Positions 25,808-39,840 of a stretch of DNA of 64,000 nt are shown here, one piece after another. This DNA is from Tubiluchus corallicola. Lineage: Eukaryota; Animalia; Priapulida. Location of the stretch: assembly GCA_030141605.1 (NCBI GenBank), contig JAQGDQ010000039.1, positions 1 through 64,000 of the forward strand, read 5' to 3'. The notes under the pieces were generated by a model. It saw only the letters and a program-made list of their open reading frames with translations, was not told the DNA's origin and made no database searches. Each line of letters opens with the position of its first letter. Within the stretch, counting starts at the first letter, position 1. The position numbers and the translations under genes were made by a program.

Positions 25808-26446
25808 GTAGTGATGAACAATAATTCATTTTTTTAGTAAATGTAGTGGCCAGAATCGTATGCTATAGCTATAGTGCTATAAATGCTATACGGACGAATG
25901 CCATAAATTTAAATGCCACGTATCTCTGTACATGCGCAGCAATTAAATCTCTGACGAATGCGCACGTTCACAACTTTGGTGCCTATCAGATGAGAAACAA
26001 AACATATTTATGTGTTTAATGTCACACGTATCTTAGAAATGTCTTTCGTATGTAAACTATTTTTATTCAGTTTTATAGTTTACTAAAAATTCGCTTGAAG
26101 TTCACACTCACTGGCATTTGAAGTTCAATTTAATTGACAGCCACGGGTAGAAACAAAAACTGAAATGCAACTATACCACTCTGTTTACTCTTCTAATATA
26201 GGCTCCAAAGCATCATTTCCAAAATTTAGTTGCGAAGATATGAAAAGCGCAGATTTGGTAATGATATTAAAATCGAACGTACCTGTAGCAGTTCCAAAAT
26301 TCTACATCCCACAATTTTCTGACTAGCGCTTAATACTGCTGTGAACTAGTACTGACTAGTAAGCAAGGAACAATAGCTCGTCACATACTAAATAAGTAAA
26401 ATATAATTCATTATACATATATATGTATAACATTCGAAAGACATGT

Positions 26447-26487
26447 ATACACACACGCGCGCGCGCGCACGCACGCACGCACGCACA

Positions 26488-26577
<90 letters not shown>
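26447..26577. repeat. Compound (CG)/(CACG)/(CA)n/(TA)n microsatellite
   Basis: Direct read. Confidence 0.95.
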
Positions 26578-28591
26578 TCGAAAGAATAAACAGTCATTAT
26601 ATTCATTATTGTGTAGCAATCAACTTGTTGCTTGATAGCATCCAAAATCATGATGTGTATAGTGTTAGAATTACAACAACAAAGTAAAGGACTTAGAAGT
26701 CCAAACATTTACGTCTTTCTGAGTAATCGAACGGCTGACCAATCAACTGTTGTACAGCTTTGTTATAAAAAACTTTTGATTGTCGATATATAATTGTAAA
26801 CATAACTATCATTTCATAAAGCAGAATAATATTTGACTAATACAGTAAATATTAAGGCGAGTTATATTCAAGGAGAACCGGGCCCAATCTTGAACTGTAG
26901 CTCAAAAGAAACTACCCTATAAAATATTGAAAGGGAACATTATTTTTCAAGAATGACTTTCATGAAAGAATTATTACAACAGAAACGTAATTTCGCGTTC
27001 GCGCAGTTAGTTCTTCACTGTTACGTGCTTTTCGCCTTTCGCTAGTTAGATGGACACTAAACCTGCAGCGCAGAAAGGCGGTGCACAAAAACAGGCACTG
27101 TACTTCTCAGTTCATAGGTGTAAAATTGTGAGGTAGTTTACATGTTCGAGAGTTAATGCGTTTGTGCAGCGGTAAATTTGAAACTGTAATTCTAAATCAC
27201 ATTAGATGTTGTACAGTAGCAATGTGCTTTAATTTTCTCTTTTCACAAACACGTGCAGCACGCTTATGGAATGTTTGTATGGTTAAAAATTATGCCACGT
27301 TATGACGCCATCACTAACAGGTATTATTATAGTGCTATTTTTTATTGTATACTTCAAAGTGGAGTAGGATGTGAAAAATCATCCTGCTTTCCTTTAAAAT
27401 GAGCGCTGCAACTGGAGAAAGTGCGTGTAATCTTTGTTATTCTTGCACTAGAGTATCAACTTTTGCCACACAGCAGTAGAGTTAAGACCCTCTAAGGAGC
27501 TTGGCGCTTAAGTTCTGAAGCTCCTCTTCAGTTTCTAGTTATTCACCTGTCCAAAGTAGCTTTGCGTCCATAAGCTGATTAGTCTCGTCCTTCTTATCTT
27601 AGTCCTTCGGGAAAAAATTCAGCATTCTGGGTTAAGAATCCCCATAGGAGTTATACGAAATCTTCTGCACGATCCTGTTCACGATTGGTGGGGACGAGAG
27701 AAAAAACCAAGCCTTAAATCCTTATGAGTCAAGCATACGCATGTCGTTTAAACTCATGGTTAATCCTTGGTTTAAAAATATTAATCAATTAAGGCACAAT
27801 TTAAAATTGTGGAAAATTGTCTAACCGAAAGGCTTTGTATTTAGTGGTAGAATTTCTAAATCCAGGTGTAGATGGAGCTTTGCTACAAGCGAAATCTTAC
27901 AAAGCTTATTATTGTTTCTAATTATAGAGGTCACAAATTTGTTTGGCGCATGCACGTAAGTTCCTCGTCCAGTGTCTTATTGTTTTACATGTTGCTATTG
28001 TTTTTCGCTATTGTCTGATGCTGCTCGAATATTTGTTTGCGCCTAATATTCACTAACCTAGAATATTATTTAACTTTTAACCAGAGATCAATTTTTCATA
28101 AGAACCAAACAATAACCAAAGTCAAACAAAACAGCTAGTCATGTTTAAATGCATTTGTGTTTTGGCTTGTTTTTTTATTTTTAGGCTTGTTTTTTCATTA
28201 TTTTATTATTATTGCCATCCTCAAAGCAGAAACTTAGGCACAAACAACACAGAGGTTACAAACAAATTTGCAAATAATTGTAGAAAAAACCGTTAGCAGC
28301 TCATTACATTAATTAGCGTAGCCACTAACAACTTAAAGAAACACTGATGATAGAATTCAGGTCAAATTACGGGCTAATTTATAGTTATAATGCGTTGATA
28401 CAAGTTTCTATAATTATTTGCAAATTTGGTTATAGCTCATGAAAATTTGCCTAGGTTTTCATTTTGATGATTGAACCGGGAATAAAAAGGGTAAAATGTG
28501 AGAAAAATTATGAGAGAAACGTGACTAACTGCTTTATTTGGGCGTTGTTTTTTCTGGGATTGTCGATGTGACGTTGCTTTGTTCTTTGTAG

Positions 28592-28740
28592 GTTTCATTC
28601 CCAAATTTGATGAGTATTTTGGCAAAAGTTATGCGAACGATGCTCGTAGTGCTATAGCTGACTTCGTAAAAGACCAGAGGTTATCACACGTTAGAGACAG
28701 GCACGAAGAACGAGAAAAATTTCAGAAGGAGCTTACAAAG
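28592..28740 (+). CDS. FAM166: FAM166-like gene 1, exon 2
   Basis: [50 protein letters not shown]; 149 bp, the same length as exon 2 of gene 2. Confidence 0.85.
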
Positions 28741-28747
28741 GTTACCT

Positions 28748-29300
<553 letters not shown>

Positions 29301-29468
29301 TTTTCGCATTCTTTCTCTTGCTGTAACTCCGTTCTGCTTTTTTTCTTTTTTTCCATTTTCTCTCTGTCTTTCTTCGTCTATTTTTTCCTCTCTTTCCTTT
29401 ATTTGTGATTATTTTATCGCAGTGCGTGTCAAAGCCATTCATTTGTGCATACCATTCATTATATTTAG

Positions 29469-29620
29469 GTTAATCAAGCAGCTGGAGAAGACTGGAGCAG
29501 GTTACCACCACAGGATTATGGCAGAAGGATTGAGATTGATCCACTGGTGACTTTTATTGACAAAGAAACGCCCTCTCCTTTTGACGTTCCAAACAAGTAT
29601 TACAAAACCGGTGAGCTTAC
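29469..29620 (+). CDS. FAM166: FAM166-like gene 1, exon 3 (alternative donors after 29610 and 29620)
   Basis: VNQAAGEDWSRLPPQDYGRRIEIDPLVTFIDKETPSPFDVPNKYYKT(GELT). SPF..KY matches exon 3 of gene 2. Confidence 0.8.
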
Positions 29621-29699
29621 GTAAGTCTTACTTACTTAGAGTAGTAAAGTAGATCTCTGAAATTAAAATACTTGGAAAGCATTTGGAACTGAGAACGTA

Positions 29700-30190
29700 C
29701 AGCTTCATTTAAAGGACGAAAAGGGATTTTTAAACTTTATCCCCGAAAAACTTTCCATATAAAGTTATCTTACTTCGGATTACGCTTATCTATGTGAAAG
29801 ACTGATGTAACTGGAAAGAAAAGTAAAATATTCGCGTCACTTTGTATAAATTTCACTGCATCTCCAACCCAGTGTACATCACAGATTCACCAAAATCACA
29901 TTATTGATCTTATGGACAATATCAAATAATTTAAACTTTTCTTTAGCTAGCGAAGACTGTGCTGCGAATGCTCTGATTATTTTTTCAAACTTTACACAGT
30001 ATTATCCAAACTTGTTTCAAATGACTTACCACTGAAAAGGCTGCGCCTAATGGTCATTGCGGGAGTTTAAATTACAAGTTATATACAGCGTTACTGCTAG
30101 CGCAAGCCATGTATCCAATAAGACAGTATGTAAGTGATACGAAATTTCAAGACGAATTTTTAAGCTTTATTTATGAAGAGTGTTTTCTTG
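29700..30190 (+). mobile_element. Dispersed repeat family A, copy 2
   Basis: Homologous to 21590-22030. Confidence 0.75.
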
Positions 30191-30614
30191 CGATTTAATA
30201 ACATTTTTTGGTACTATAGTTTTTGTTTTGCTGCCATAGATGTCACCGAAGTCGTCTGCAGAGCTTTTTAACAGTAAATTAATATTGGTCTCTAATATGA
30301 TGTATTAATTATGGCCATTTACTGCGATGTGACAAGAAAGAGATTTAACTTCTAGGCAACTAGCGACAATAAACTTAGCAAAAGATTGCATAAGTTGTAT
30401 AGAAAATAGGAATTTTTTATCAAAGTATCAGTTGATAGAAATGTTAGAGTATGTGGTATCTTTTTAAATTAATTGCTTTGCAAATAATATCCGTGCTTTT
30501 CTGTTGTTGCCAGTGTTTAACATATGGTTTACCTTTTCTACTAGTCTGCTATTTTCTTATAATTGAAGCACTTATGTAACTTGACTATACATGTGCGTTT
30601 GAAATAAATGATTT

Positions 30615-30991
<377 letters not shown>

Positions 30992-31130
30992 TCAAGAAAA
31001 TAAATTTATAAAAGTCTAATAATTCATTATAAGCTATTTTAATAGTTAAATAGTTAAAACTTGTAGGTAAAAATGCAGATGTCATTTATATATTAATGTG
31101 AAATACAATTGATTTAATCTTCTCTTTCAG

Positions 31131-31183
31131 AACGGCGTTTACACCAGGGAAGGCTTGGTCGGTACAGTCAGTGGCCAAAAACT
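31131..31183 (+). CDS. FAM166: FAM166-like gene 1, exon 4 (short; in frame only with the 29620 donor)
   Basis: tctctttcag acceptor; (T)TAFTPGKAWSVQSVAKT; phase 2 to 1. Confidence 0.6.
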
Positions 31184-31309
31184 GGTAATCTAAGCTTATT
31201 CATCACTCACACATTCAGTTTTCAAAGAATTTGATACAGGTTGTTCCAAAAGAATCAGTACACTAACAAATGTTAAAAGCAACGGTGCTATACCATATAA
31301 AGCCTAATA

Positions 31310-31800
31310 ACTTAATTTAATTTATTGGGTTAACAATTGACATTCACAAATGTAATACAATTATTTTACAATACATATTTACGAAATATTAATGACAATT
31401 AAATAGATTTACATAAATTACAATATCATAATTTGATGTATAATATATCCAAGTGACACACATTACTATTAAATGTTAGAATAACATAACAAACATAACA
31501 ATGATCTGACGTTTAAATAATATAATTCTATTTTTTGCACTATTCTGCTCCGTTTGCCCTGATTTTAAAACAATCTCTGACAAAGTTACAAATTAAATCC
31601 AACGCTTCCGTATCATCAGTTCCTTAGACAAATTTAAAGTTTTCAACGTCATTCGCATCTGTGAAATTAAGTAATGGTCTCGAAATTTGGTTAAATAAAC
31701 ATTTACGTTTGGTATCATAGCTTTTGCAAAATAATACCAAATGTTCCTCATTTTCAATATCTTAATTATTGCAATATCAATATGCTTGGTCTTATAAATA
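31310..31800 (-). mobile_element. 3' fragment of a non-LTR retrotransposon
   Basis: The minus strand encodes a degenerate C-terminal knuckle CNN*DIENEEHLVLFC, followed by an AT-rich tail. Confidence 0.45.
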
Positions 31801-31862
31801 TTTTGGTAGGAAAATTAAAATTATGTTATTGACGTAAAAAACATAATAGTATTTTACATCAT

Positions 31863-31866
<4 letters not shown>

Positions 31867-31910
<44 letters not shown>
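31867..31910. repeat. (TA)n microsatellite
   Basis: Direct read. Confidence 0.95.
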
Positions 31911-31917
<7 letters not shown>

Positions 31918-32281
31918 ATGGCAATTATTTGATTAAACGGTACTAATTTGTACAATTACTTTGAGAAACATGATATAGAAAATTCGTGCTCGTAATGTCC
32001 ATGTTGATATTATACACTTGACATTGATTTTGACCTTGACCTTGAAGATCGGCTTATTAGGTACCAAATGTTTTTGCACTATATCTCAGTTTACAAAGTC
32101 AATTAGCCAAACTTGGCACGTGGGCAGTATTAGCAGCATGAAGGATCACAGGAAGAATCTATACGTGTGGCACTATTGACATGCTGTTTGACCTTCACCC
32201 GAGTACCTGGTTTCGTAGCTTCTTGTTATTATTTTGTCAAATCTTGATCCAGTTTCAGAGGAAAAACTGGATGATTATTTG

Positions 32282-32662
32282 CAAGGCTTGATTATCCTAT
32301 AGGCTTGCAGAGGCTGCAGCCGAGAGCCATTCAAGCTTGGCGGCCCTCACACTTTGGTAACATTTTGAAAAAAATCTGCTTTTTCGTTATGGTTGTGCTG
32401 AAATATGTGCTAATTTGGTTTGAATTAAATAGTAAAATAGTGGTATTTGTTAAGGAAAATTTTATTGACAATAAATGATAGATATTCTGGTTTATTTAAA
32501 GAATTTACAATAAGTTTACTCCAAGCTATGCAAATGTCGCTAAAATATACCATGAGTAAAAATATTCAAGACGGGTGTAACCGAGTTACAGGGTGGCTCC
32601 GTCTGAAGGGGCCCCTATAATTTCATTAGCCTAGGGCCCTCAAAAGTCATAATCCGGTCATG
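32282..32662 (+). mobile_element. hAT-like MITE family C, copy 1 (degenerate)
   Basis: Homologous along its length to 48480-48842; ends ggggcccc...taatccgg. Confidence 0.65.
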
Positions 32663-32835
32663 ACTGTTGAACTTGCTGCCTGTTGCTTTCTAAGAAGCCA
32701 AACCAATGAATGATTAATACTTTATAGTTTAGAATCTTAGTGAACATCCCTTTTCGTAGATAGGCGAAAGTAAGGCTTTCTATAGAACGCGGACACGCAC
32801 ACATATTTTTATCAAAACTCATTTCTGCGTTCCAG

Positions 32836-33078
32836 AAGGTTATACGGGAGTCAGACACAAGACCAAGCTCTATTACGAACCAGGTGCACCTCCTTTTCCA
32901 GTCCCTGGGGATGATCCACCTTACTCGTTCACAGTTGACGAACAGACCACGGTGGAACGTCTCAGGGACGATATGAGAGGGACGCTTGCAGGCAGGCAAG
33001 TTGAACCGTATAACAACGGCAGGCCTCCACTTACTCTGACTGAGAAGGCTTACAAAGCTTACCAAGATAGAGATCCAG
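32836..33078 (+). CDS. FAM166: FAM166-like gene 1, exon 5
   Basis: cagaag tandem acceptor and cag|gtaaat donor; 81 open codons, EGYTGVRHKTKLYYEPGAPP...KAYQDRDP. Confidence 0.75.
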
Positions 33079-33224
33079 GTAAATCTATAGTTCACTTTTC
33101 ATGAAGAAGTTATCCGAGGTCCAGGGAAAGCTGTCACTTGTGTTTACGGAAAACACAGATGTTGGGATGCACTAACGAAACAGTACAAAATAACAAAGTA
33201 CGACATAGTACTTCTTGTCAAATC

Positions 33225-34110
33225 CGTTTTGTCTGCTCCTTTCGATTTTTTGTGTTGTTTTGCTGCTCACTCCTTTTGTGTTATTTTGTCTGCTCCTCTT
33301 AACCATTTTCTGTTGTTTTGTGTGCTCCTCTCAACCATTTTATGTTGTTTAGTCTGCTACTCTCAACCATTTCCTGTTGTTTTGTCTGCTCCTCTCAACC
33401 ATTTTTTTTGTTTAGTGTGCTACTCTCAACCATTTCCTGTTGTTTTGTCTGCTTCACTCAACCAATATCTCTTGTTTTGTCTCCTCCTTTCAACCTTTTC
33501 TGCTATTTTGTCTGTTCCTCTCCATCACTTTCTGTTCATTTGTCGCTTCTTCTCAATAGTTTTCTATTGTTCTGACTGTTCCTTTAAATTCTATTCTCTT
33601 GTTTTGTCTGCCCCTCTCAATCCCTTTCTGTTGTTTTGTCTGCGTCTTTCGATCCCTTTGTTATTTTGTCTTATCCTCTCAATCCTTTCCTGTTGCTTTG
33701 TTTCCTCATTTCTACCACATCCGGTTGTTTTGTCTCCTCGTTCCTATCATTTCCTGTTGTCTCCTCCTTTCTGCCATTTTTTTGCTATTTTGTCTGGTGC
33801 TCTCAATCACTTTCTGTTCATTTGTCGCCTCTTCTCAATAGTTTTCTATTGTTCTGTCTGTTCCTTTCAATTCTTTTCTCTTGTTTTCTTGTTTTGTCTG
33901 CTTGTCTCAACCACTTTCTGTTGCTTGTCTGCTCGTCTCAACCACTTTCTGTTGTTCTGTCTGCTAATTTCGATTCTTATATGCTCTTTGTCTGCCCTTT
34001 TAGTCCCTTTGTCTTGTTTTTCCTGCTCTTCTCAATCCTTTTTTTTGTTTTAGCTGCTCCTTTCAATCCTTTTCTGTTGTTTTGTACATTCTTTTAATCC
34101 TTTCCTGTTG
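33225..34110. repeat. Degenerate minisatellite, unit about 32-33 bp (ttttgtctgctcctctcaaccattttctgttg)
   Basis: Repeated units read directly. The tract is pyrimidine-rich and intronic. Confidence 0.85.
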
Positions 34111-34171
34111 GTCACTTTCGTGTACTATATCACCATGTATTTCGGGTTTATTTAGCTTATTGGTTTTTCAG

Positions 34172-34228
34172 GTAGATGGCATGAATATGGACGATCCTTT
34201 CCACCTGCTGACTTAATGCTTCCCACGG
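34172..34228 (+). CDS. FAM166: FAM166-like gene 1, exon 6 (short)
   Basis: tttttcag acceptor; GRWHEYGRSFPPADLMLPT; phase 1-1. Confidence 0.7.
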
Positions 34229-34676
34229 GTAACATTTTCATTATTTTGTCAATTGTTGGTAATTAGTTAACGATTTATTATCTTATCACAATATTTGGTT
34301 TTCGAGAAAACTCCTAAAAACAAAAAAAAATTCGAAACAATGTTAGATTTCTTAATCCAATCCTCAGCAAAACATATGTAACAAACAAGTGGTTTAGACG
34401 TTTAACAAGGAGAACTACATGTTAAACTGCGTGTTTGCAGAATAAAAAGTCATATATTTTCTTTAAATAAACTAATTATGAAAACTTAATAATAAAGAAG
34501 AAAAATTAGAATCAATCAAAAAATTGGCCACATACATTATTTAATGTCTGGCCATTTTTTCAGCTCACATATTTTTATTGTGTAGTTGATATGAATAGAG
34601 TGACATAAATGTATCTTGCACAAAGACGTAGAGCACTTAGTACAAAAAGTAATTTAAGCGTATATTTTTTCTTTAG

Positions 34677-34862
34677 AAGGTTTCACTGGACACGTGCCTC
34701 AAGATATCGTCGTGAATGGAGTGAAGTACGAATCCAGAGGAACTAATTTCAACCAAAACCGTCCATACACAAGCAGTGGCTATAGGTCACCTCCCAACCC
34801 ATTTAAGCTACCTGTAACTTATCCAAATCAAGTGAAAATACACAGCTTGGGAAAAGATAGAG
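34677..34862 (+). CDS. FAM166: FAM166-like gene 1, exon 7
   Basis: tagaag tandem acceptor; EGFTGHVPQD...SLGKDR; gtgaga donor. Confidence 0.8.
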
Positions 34863-34894
34863 GTGAGAGGGAAAGTCAAAGAAAGCGAAGGGGA

Positions 34895-34900
34895 AAGAGA

Positions 34901-34953
<53 letters not shown>

Positions 34954-34977
34954 AAGAGAGAGAGAAAGAGAGAGAGA
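34895..34977. repeat. (GA)n microsatellite
   Basis: Direct read. Confidence 0.9.
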
Positions 34978-35445
34978 TTCGAATTAACGTCTTTCTTATT
35001 AATATTTGAGTGAACACAAATAAAGAAATAATTAAATTAATAATTAAATAATTAAATTAAATGAGTGGTCATTGTAGTGTGCCTTGCGACGAGAAGTTAA
35101 GCACGACTAAGCTTAGTCAGTAGACAGGTGAGCGACTGTCAGAAAACTACTTCTGCTTGGTTTCGTATGCTATATTACTGCTGGCCGCACCTCACCTTAT
35201 CGTGGTTTATCTCATCTCAGAGGACTTTCCTTGACAATAACCTAGATTCGTGGCTTACCCACAAACATCTACATTATATAGAATCTGCCGTTGAGTGCTG
35301 GAAAACGATTTGTAGACTGCCGAGCTGTAAAAATAATTCTTCTTAAAAATCTCTACAAACTTGTATGCCTAATTTTGACTATAACTTAAATATTAAAGAA
35401 GCGCATGAAGCAAGTGAATAGTATAAATTATTTTAATAATTTTAG

Positions 35446-35499
35446 GGGTTTGGTACGAGCAAGGCGTGCTACCTCACTACACCGTAAGTCCGCCTACAG
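35446..35499 (+). CDS. FAM166: FAM166-like gene 1, exon 8 (short)
   Basis: ttttag acceptor and cag|gtaag donor; GVWYEQGVLPHYTVSPPT, which resembles exon 6. Confidence 0.7.
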
Positions 35500-36633
35500 G
35501 TAAGATCATCTTTGTACAGGGTGCACATTATACAGAATCTGTCTGACGTAATTGTCGGTGACGGATTTTTACAATGCGAACTTGACAAATACAGTTTTGC
35601 GAACTTTGCGGGACACAGATTTTAAACATGGTCAGACAATTTTAAGCATGCTTAATTTTTTGTTTCTGACAAACTAGTGCTGCTCGCTGCAACGATATGC
35701 GTCAAACAAAATTAGATCACACCAATGATCATGTCGCGTGTCATCTTTGTTGCCGACAGATTGGAAAAATCTATAGTTTAGCAAAATGAAAATAAATAAA
35801 CAAAATAAATAACATTCTTCAAAACGTTCATAGCTTGTAGAAACGATAGCACATGTTTAACTCTAATTGACAAGAATAATGACATTTAATAAAAAAAATT
35901 AAGAAAGAATTAAAAAATTAAAATTCATATTTAAGAAAGAAGGAAAAAGCGACGTTCCAAACTACAACTGTAGTTTATCTTCAGGGTAAGTCACACCTAA
36001 ACATTTTTAATTCAATTCATTCAAATTTTTATTCCGGTAACTAACACCATATAAAATACAAATGCAGCACTAAAATGAATTAACAATAGTTATAATACTT
36101 TTGCCAGCGTATAGTAGTAACCTATTGCCAATGCTATAACACGATCTCGTGCGAATGTGACCAAAATGGGGTGGAGATCGTTCTTTTAGCGAAACAGTTG
36201 TATGACAACAAAAAAGTATACAATAAAAAACTCAAAAGTATAGCAAGTAAAAGGCACCAGAAAAAAACGCAGACTTAAAAATTACTGGCCACAGCCACAG
36301 ATGTTTCTGTTGCGTCCCACTCTGTTTTTAGACTGTGGAGAGTGACTTCATACTTCTGTCTTTTCCCCTTGTGCCCTTTATCTGCTCTGATTCTGAGTTT
36401 TTCTACGCGATCGTATCCTTTTTTAAGTATGTCAATTTTATGCTTTAACAATAAACAGACATTAAAAGAACAAAAAAATTATATTAAATTACACGAGATC
36501 TTTTTCTTTCACTTGTAAAAAACGACAGTGTTAGTTTGAAATGACGTGTTTTCTCATCATTTCTCAATTGTAGGCTTTTCTTATTAATTGTGGAAAAGTT
36601 GCATCTCAACTCTTTCGTTCTTCTAATTTCTAG

Positions 36634-36849
36634 AAGGCTACACAGGTACCCAGCCAACGGCTACCGTGTGGCAGTCAATGACATTCCCGGTTGGAAAATG
36701 TAGCCTAATGAGACCGGCTACCGTGCCAAATAACACAGAGAGGCCATCTGTCATCAAGGTCAAAGACGAGAAGCCATTTGGACAGCTGAGCGCAGAAGGA
36801 TTCATGAGGCGCGTCCGACCCATCCCACATTACATGGGTCATGTACCAG
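36634..36849 (+). CDS. FAM166: FAM166-like gene 1, exon 9
   Basis: tagaag tandem acceptor; EGYTGTQP...EGFMRRVRPIPHYMGHVP; gtgagt donor. Confidence 0.85.
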
Positions 36850-36982
36850 GTGAGTTGTTCATGATGAGTTAATTGCAAAACTGCATGATCAAATAATTAG
36901 TTTTTTTACTTTAGACAGGTAACTCTGACTAGCGTGTATACTGGTGTTAGAATTCAGTGTCTTTAGCCATGCGGGTTGAACC

Positions 36983-37063
36983 CGGTTGATAGCCCAAATG
37001 GCTAGAGCGTGTAGCTTGAAATCACAAGAAACCGATTTCTTGGTTCAATTCCTTGTTGGCTCA
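36983..37063 (+). pseudogene. tRNA-like sequence (SINE head or pseudo-tRNA)
   Basis: A-box tagcccaaatggctagagc and B-box ggttcaattcc; the stems pair poorly. Confidence 0.45.
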
Positions 37064-37786
37064 TAATTCTTTGGTGCCTTCTTTCTTTTAACTTAGATTG
37101 TTGGCTAAATCCAGATTTCGATATCTCACGACATAACAGTTTGAATCAATAGTAATTGTCTTTTAAAGAAACTCCGAGAAACATTTATTGCTTGGACATT
37201 TCTGTATTACGCCTAGTTTCAAACAGATGGCCTGATGCTGTCATTCTGTCCCAATGTTATTTGCCACTTTATTACCCAAATTATACTGTTGTGATGACAC
37301 AATAGTGCTACTGTGTTTAAAAAACAGACCATGCTAACATTCTGAACAAACACATTACTTCAAACATGTATTTGCAAAGTTTTAGTCTCTCAGCATAATA
37401 ATCGGTGTCTCGAAGCAACATTACACCTATTACCAAACTGTGCTATCTGCCAACTTTGCGTTTATGAGCTGTTTGATGCTTGAAACTCTTTTCACTGAAG
37501 TTGATGCTGAATACTGCAGTCGAAATGTTTGTGATGTTCTTATTTTTAGCAATAAGTTTGTTTCGTTTTCTGAAGTACAATAGAGTTCTTGTGTAAACTG
37601 ACAGAATGAGGAAACATACATTACAATAGTAACAATATGTAACGTTGACTAGTATACTGAAACAAGTAAACAAATCAATGAATGTTCGCTAATGGAAGTG
37701 CAACACACAATTGACTGTAAACATGACAAAAAGTGACAGAGATGCCAGATCTACATGACACATGGAAGTAAGAAAATCTACACATC

Positions 37787-38719
37787 ATGGAATTTCATAA
37801 TGGAAGTCAGTCAGTAGTGCAACGATCGTTTCTTTTCGACAGCTTGTTAACTACAATATGTTACCACTTTCTGTCTGTGATAGTTGAACTTTCTAATTTG
37901 ATAGTTATTATAGCTATTGTGAAGTACAGACACATGGAAGAATACAAAAACTGGTACATATGCAACTTAGCAGTTACGGACATGTTAACGGGTGTACTTC
38001 TGCATGTTATTACTTATGCATCCTCGGACGAAAGTCGTCCATTGTACAGCTACAAATGTCTTATTTTAATGTACTTTGCTTTGGTCTTCGCTTTTGAATC
38101 GGCAGTAATGTTAACAGCTGTTACAATAGACAGGTTTTTCATCATCAAATACCCATTGCGATACGAGCAAATATGGAAGAGCTGGATGGTTCTTCTTATT
38201 ATTTTTGGTTCGTGGATTTGCTCTTTTGGCATAAGTATCTTATTGTATCACGAAAACAGGCCAGCTGTTTACTGTACCTTCTCACATGTTGCTAGTTTGG
38301 AAGTAATCATTTTCACGCTAACTATTTTTTATATAACTGCAGTAGTGTTACTGTTCATCAATGCCAATATCATGTGTATTGCTCGAAGACACATGCGCCA
38401 GATTGAATCAGAAATTGATGCTCGAAGATCATACAAACATAACTTAAAATCAGCCAAATTAATCACTCTAGTCGTTGGCACGTTCTTGGTGTGTTGGTCT
38501 CCATTTCTGGTGGTCAGTGCGATTATGGTCCTTGAAGAGAGTGAAGATATTATACCAAATTCTGTGCTTTCAGTTTGCTATATTCTGTTGAACAGTAATT
38601 CATTTATGAATCCGTTAATTTATGCGTGGAAAAATCGGGAACTTCGAGCGTCTTTTAAGAAAATGCTCTACTGGGACACATTGACTGCTTTTTTCAGTAG
38701 AAATTCTCAAGAGAGCTGA
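37787..38719 (+). CDS. Intronless class A (rhodopsin-like) GPCR, 310 aa, resembling the adenosine/GPR119/MECA group
   Basis: Seven hydrophobic segments with NLAVTD, DRF, YPLRY, IARRHMRQI, CWSPF and NSFMNPLIY motifs; N-terminal NGS glycosylation site; aataaa downstream. Confidence 0.93.
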   Translation: MEFHNGSQSVVQRSFLFDSLLTTICYHFLSVIVELSNLIVIIAIVKYRHMEEYKNWYICNLAVTDMLTGVLLHVITYASSDESRPLYSYKCLILMYFALVFAFESAVMLTAVTIDRFFIIKYPLRYEQIWKSWMVLLIIFGSWICSFGISILLYHENRPAVYCTFSHVASLEVIIFTLTIFYITAVVLLFINANIMCIARRHMRQIESEIDARRSYKHNLKSAKLITLVVGTFLVCWSPFLVVSAIMVLEESEDIIPNSVLSVCYILLNSNSFMNPLIYAWKNRELRASFKKMLYWDTLTAFFSRNSQES

Positions 38720-39840
38720 GATGCATTGTAATCCAAATTGAGGACTCAAAAGTGGCCTGAGGCTTCATCGCTTAGGTCTCCCGTACAAAACTAGCCATAA
38801 AGAATGTGAAAACCGTGCCAAAAAGTATTTTAATTTTGAGTAAAGCACATTTATTTTTAAAATCTGGTAGTGCCATCTTTCGTAGCTTTGTTCCTCATAA
38901 ATAAACGGAGGTACAATTTATGTTGGTTTCTCAATTGGAATGGTGTCATCACACGTTTTTTAAAGAGGTTCGCTTGATTTTTTTATTCTGACAATAAAAT
39001 ATTTAATGTAAGATTAAAATATCAAAAATGCATTAATATCTGTGTCAGAAAAACTTTTAAACCAGCTCGGCTATCATTTTTTTACACTCTGTGGATTATG
39101 TTACACCAGGTATAGTTGTTCAGTGACTATTAATAAAACTTTATTGTAAAAGCAAAACTAGAAAACAGCAATCTAAATAGTCCAAGGAAATGCTTAACAG
39201 TAATATTTATCGAGTTAGTTAAAATTACACACAATGTAGTACTGAGTGTGATAGTGTAGTAATAAATTTCACAGCATGTGAAACTTAGAAAAAAGGGCAC
39301 ATTTATTGCTCTGTTCAATAGAAATGACTGAGATTGCCTGTCGGATTACCTATCCAGAATGCAGAACTAATGTGACCTTAGGTTAGCCTGTAAGTGATGC
39401 GCCTCTTGTAGAAACGAAGCGAAACCGAATTCAGAGAAACTGATAAAAGTGCAAAAAAGCGTATTTTATTTTTCAATAAACAGCACGTATCACAATAATA
39501 TAAAATATTTTGTACTGTAGAAATAAAAACAGTAAAACCACAATAGTATTTGCAAAATCAGCTAAAGCAAAATGTAAATGAGGCAGGACATATGTAAGTG
39601 AGCCACTCACATATGAGCCAATCTAAACGTGTGCATTAAAGAATTAAAACAACTTCGAAAATATTAAAAATAACACTTACAGGTTTCGTAAACTGCTCTA
39701 CAAAAATTGCTTTGTTGAAGCTTTTCTGCTCTGAAGGAACAGCCTTTCCTGAATACAAATCTGGTTGGAGGGTGGAACCGTGGAGCGCCACTACGTTACT
39801 ATCTACGTAGTACTAATCCATCGTCTTTGTTTTGGTCTAG

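Noticed and set aside
33229-34097. 274-aa hydrophobic ORF and overlapping ORFs
   Set aside because: Translation of an A-poor degenerate minisatellite.
37787-38719. The nested GPCR as receptor for the nearby CRH-like peptide
   Set aside because: CRH/DH44 receptors are class B with a large extracellular domain; this receptor is class A with a short N-terminus.
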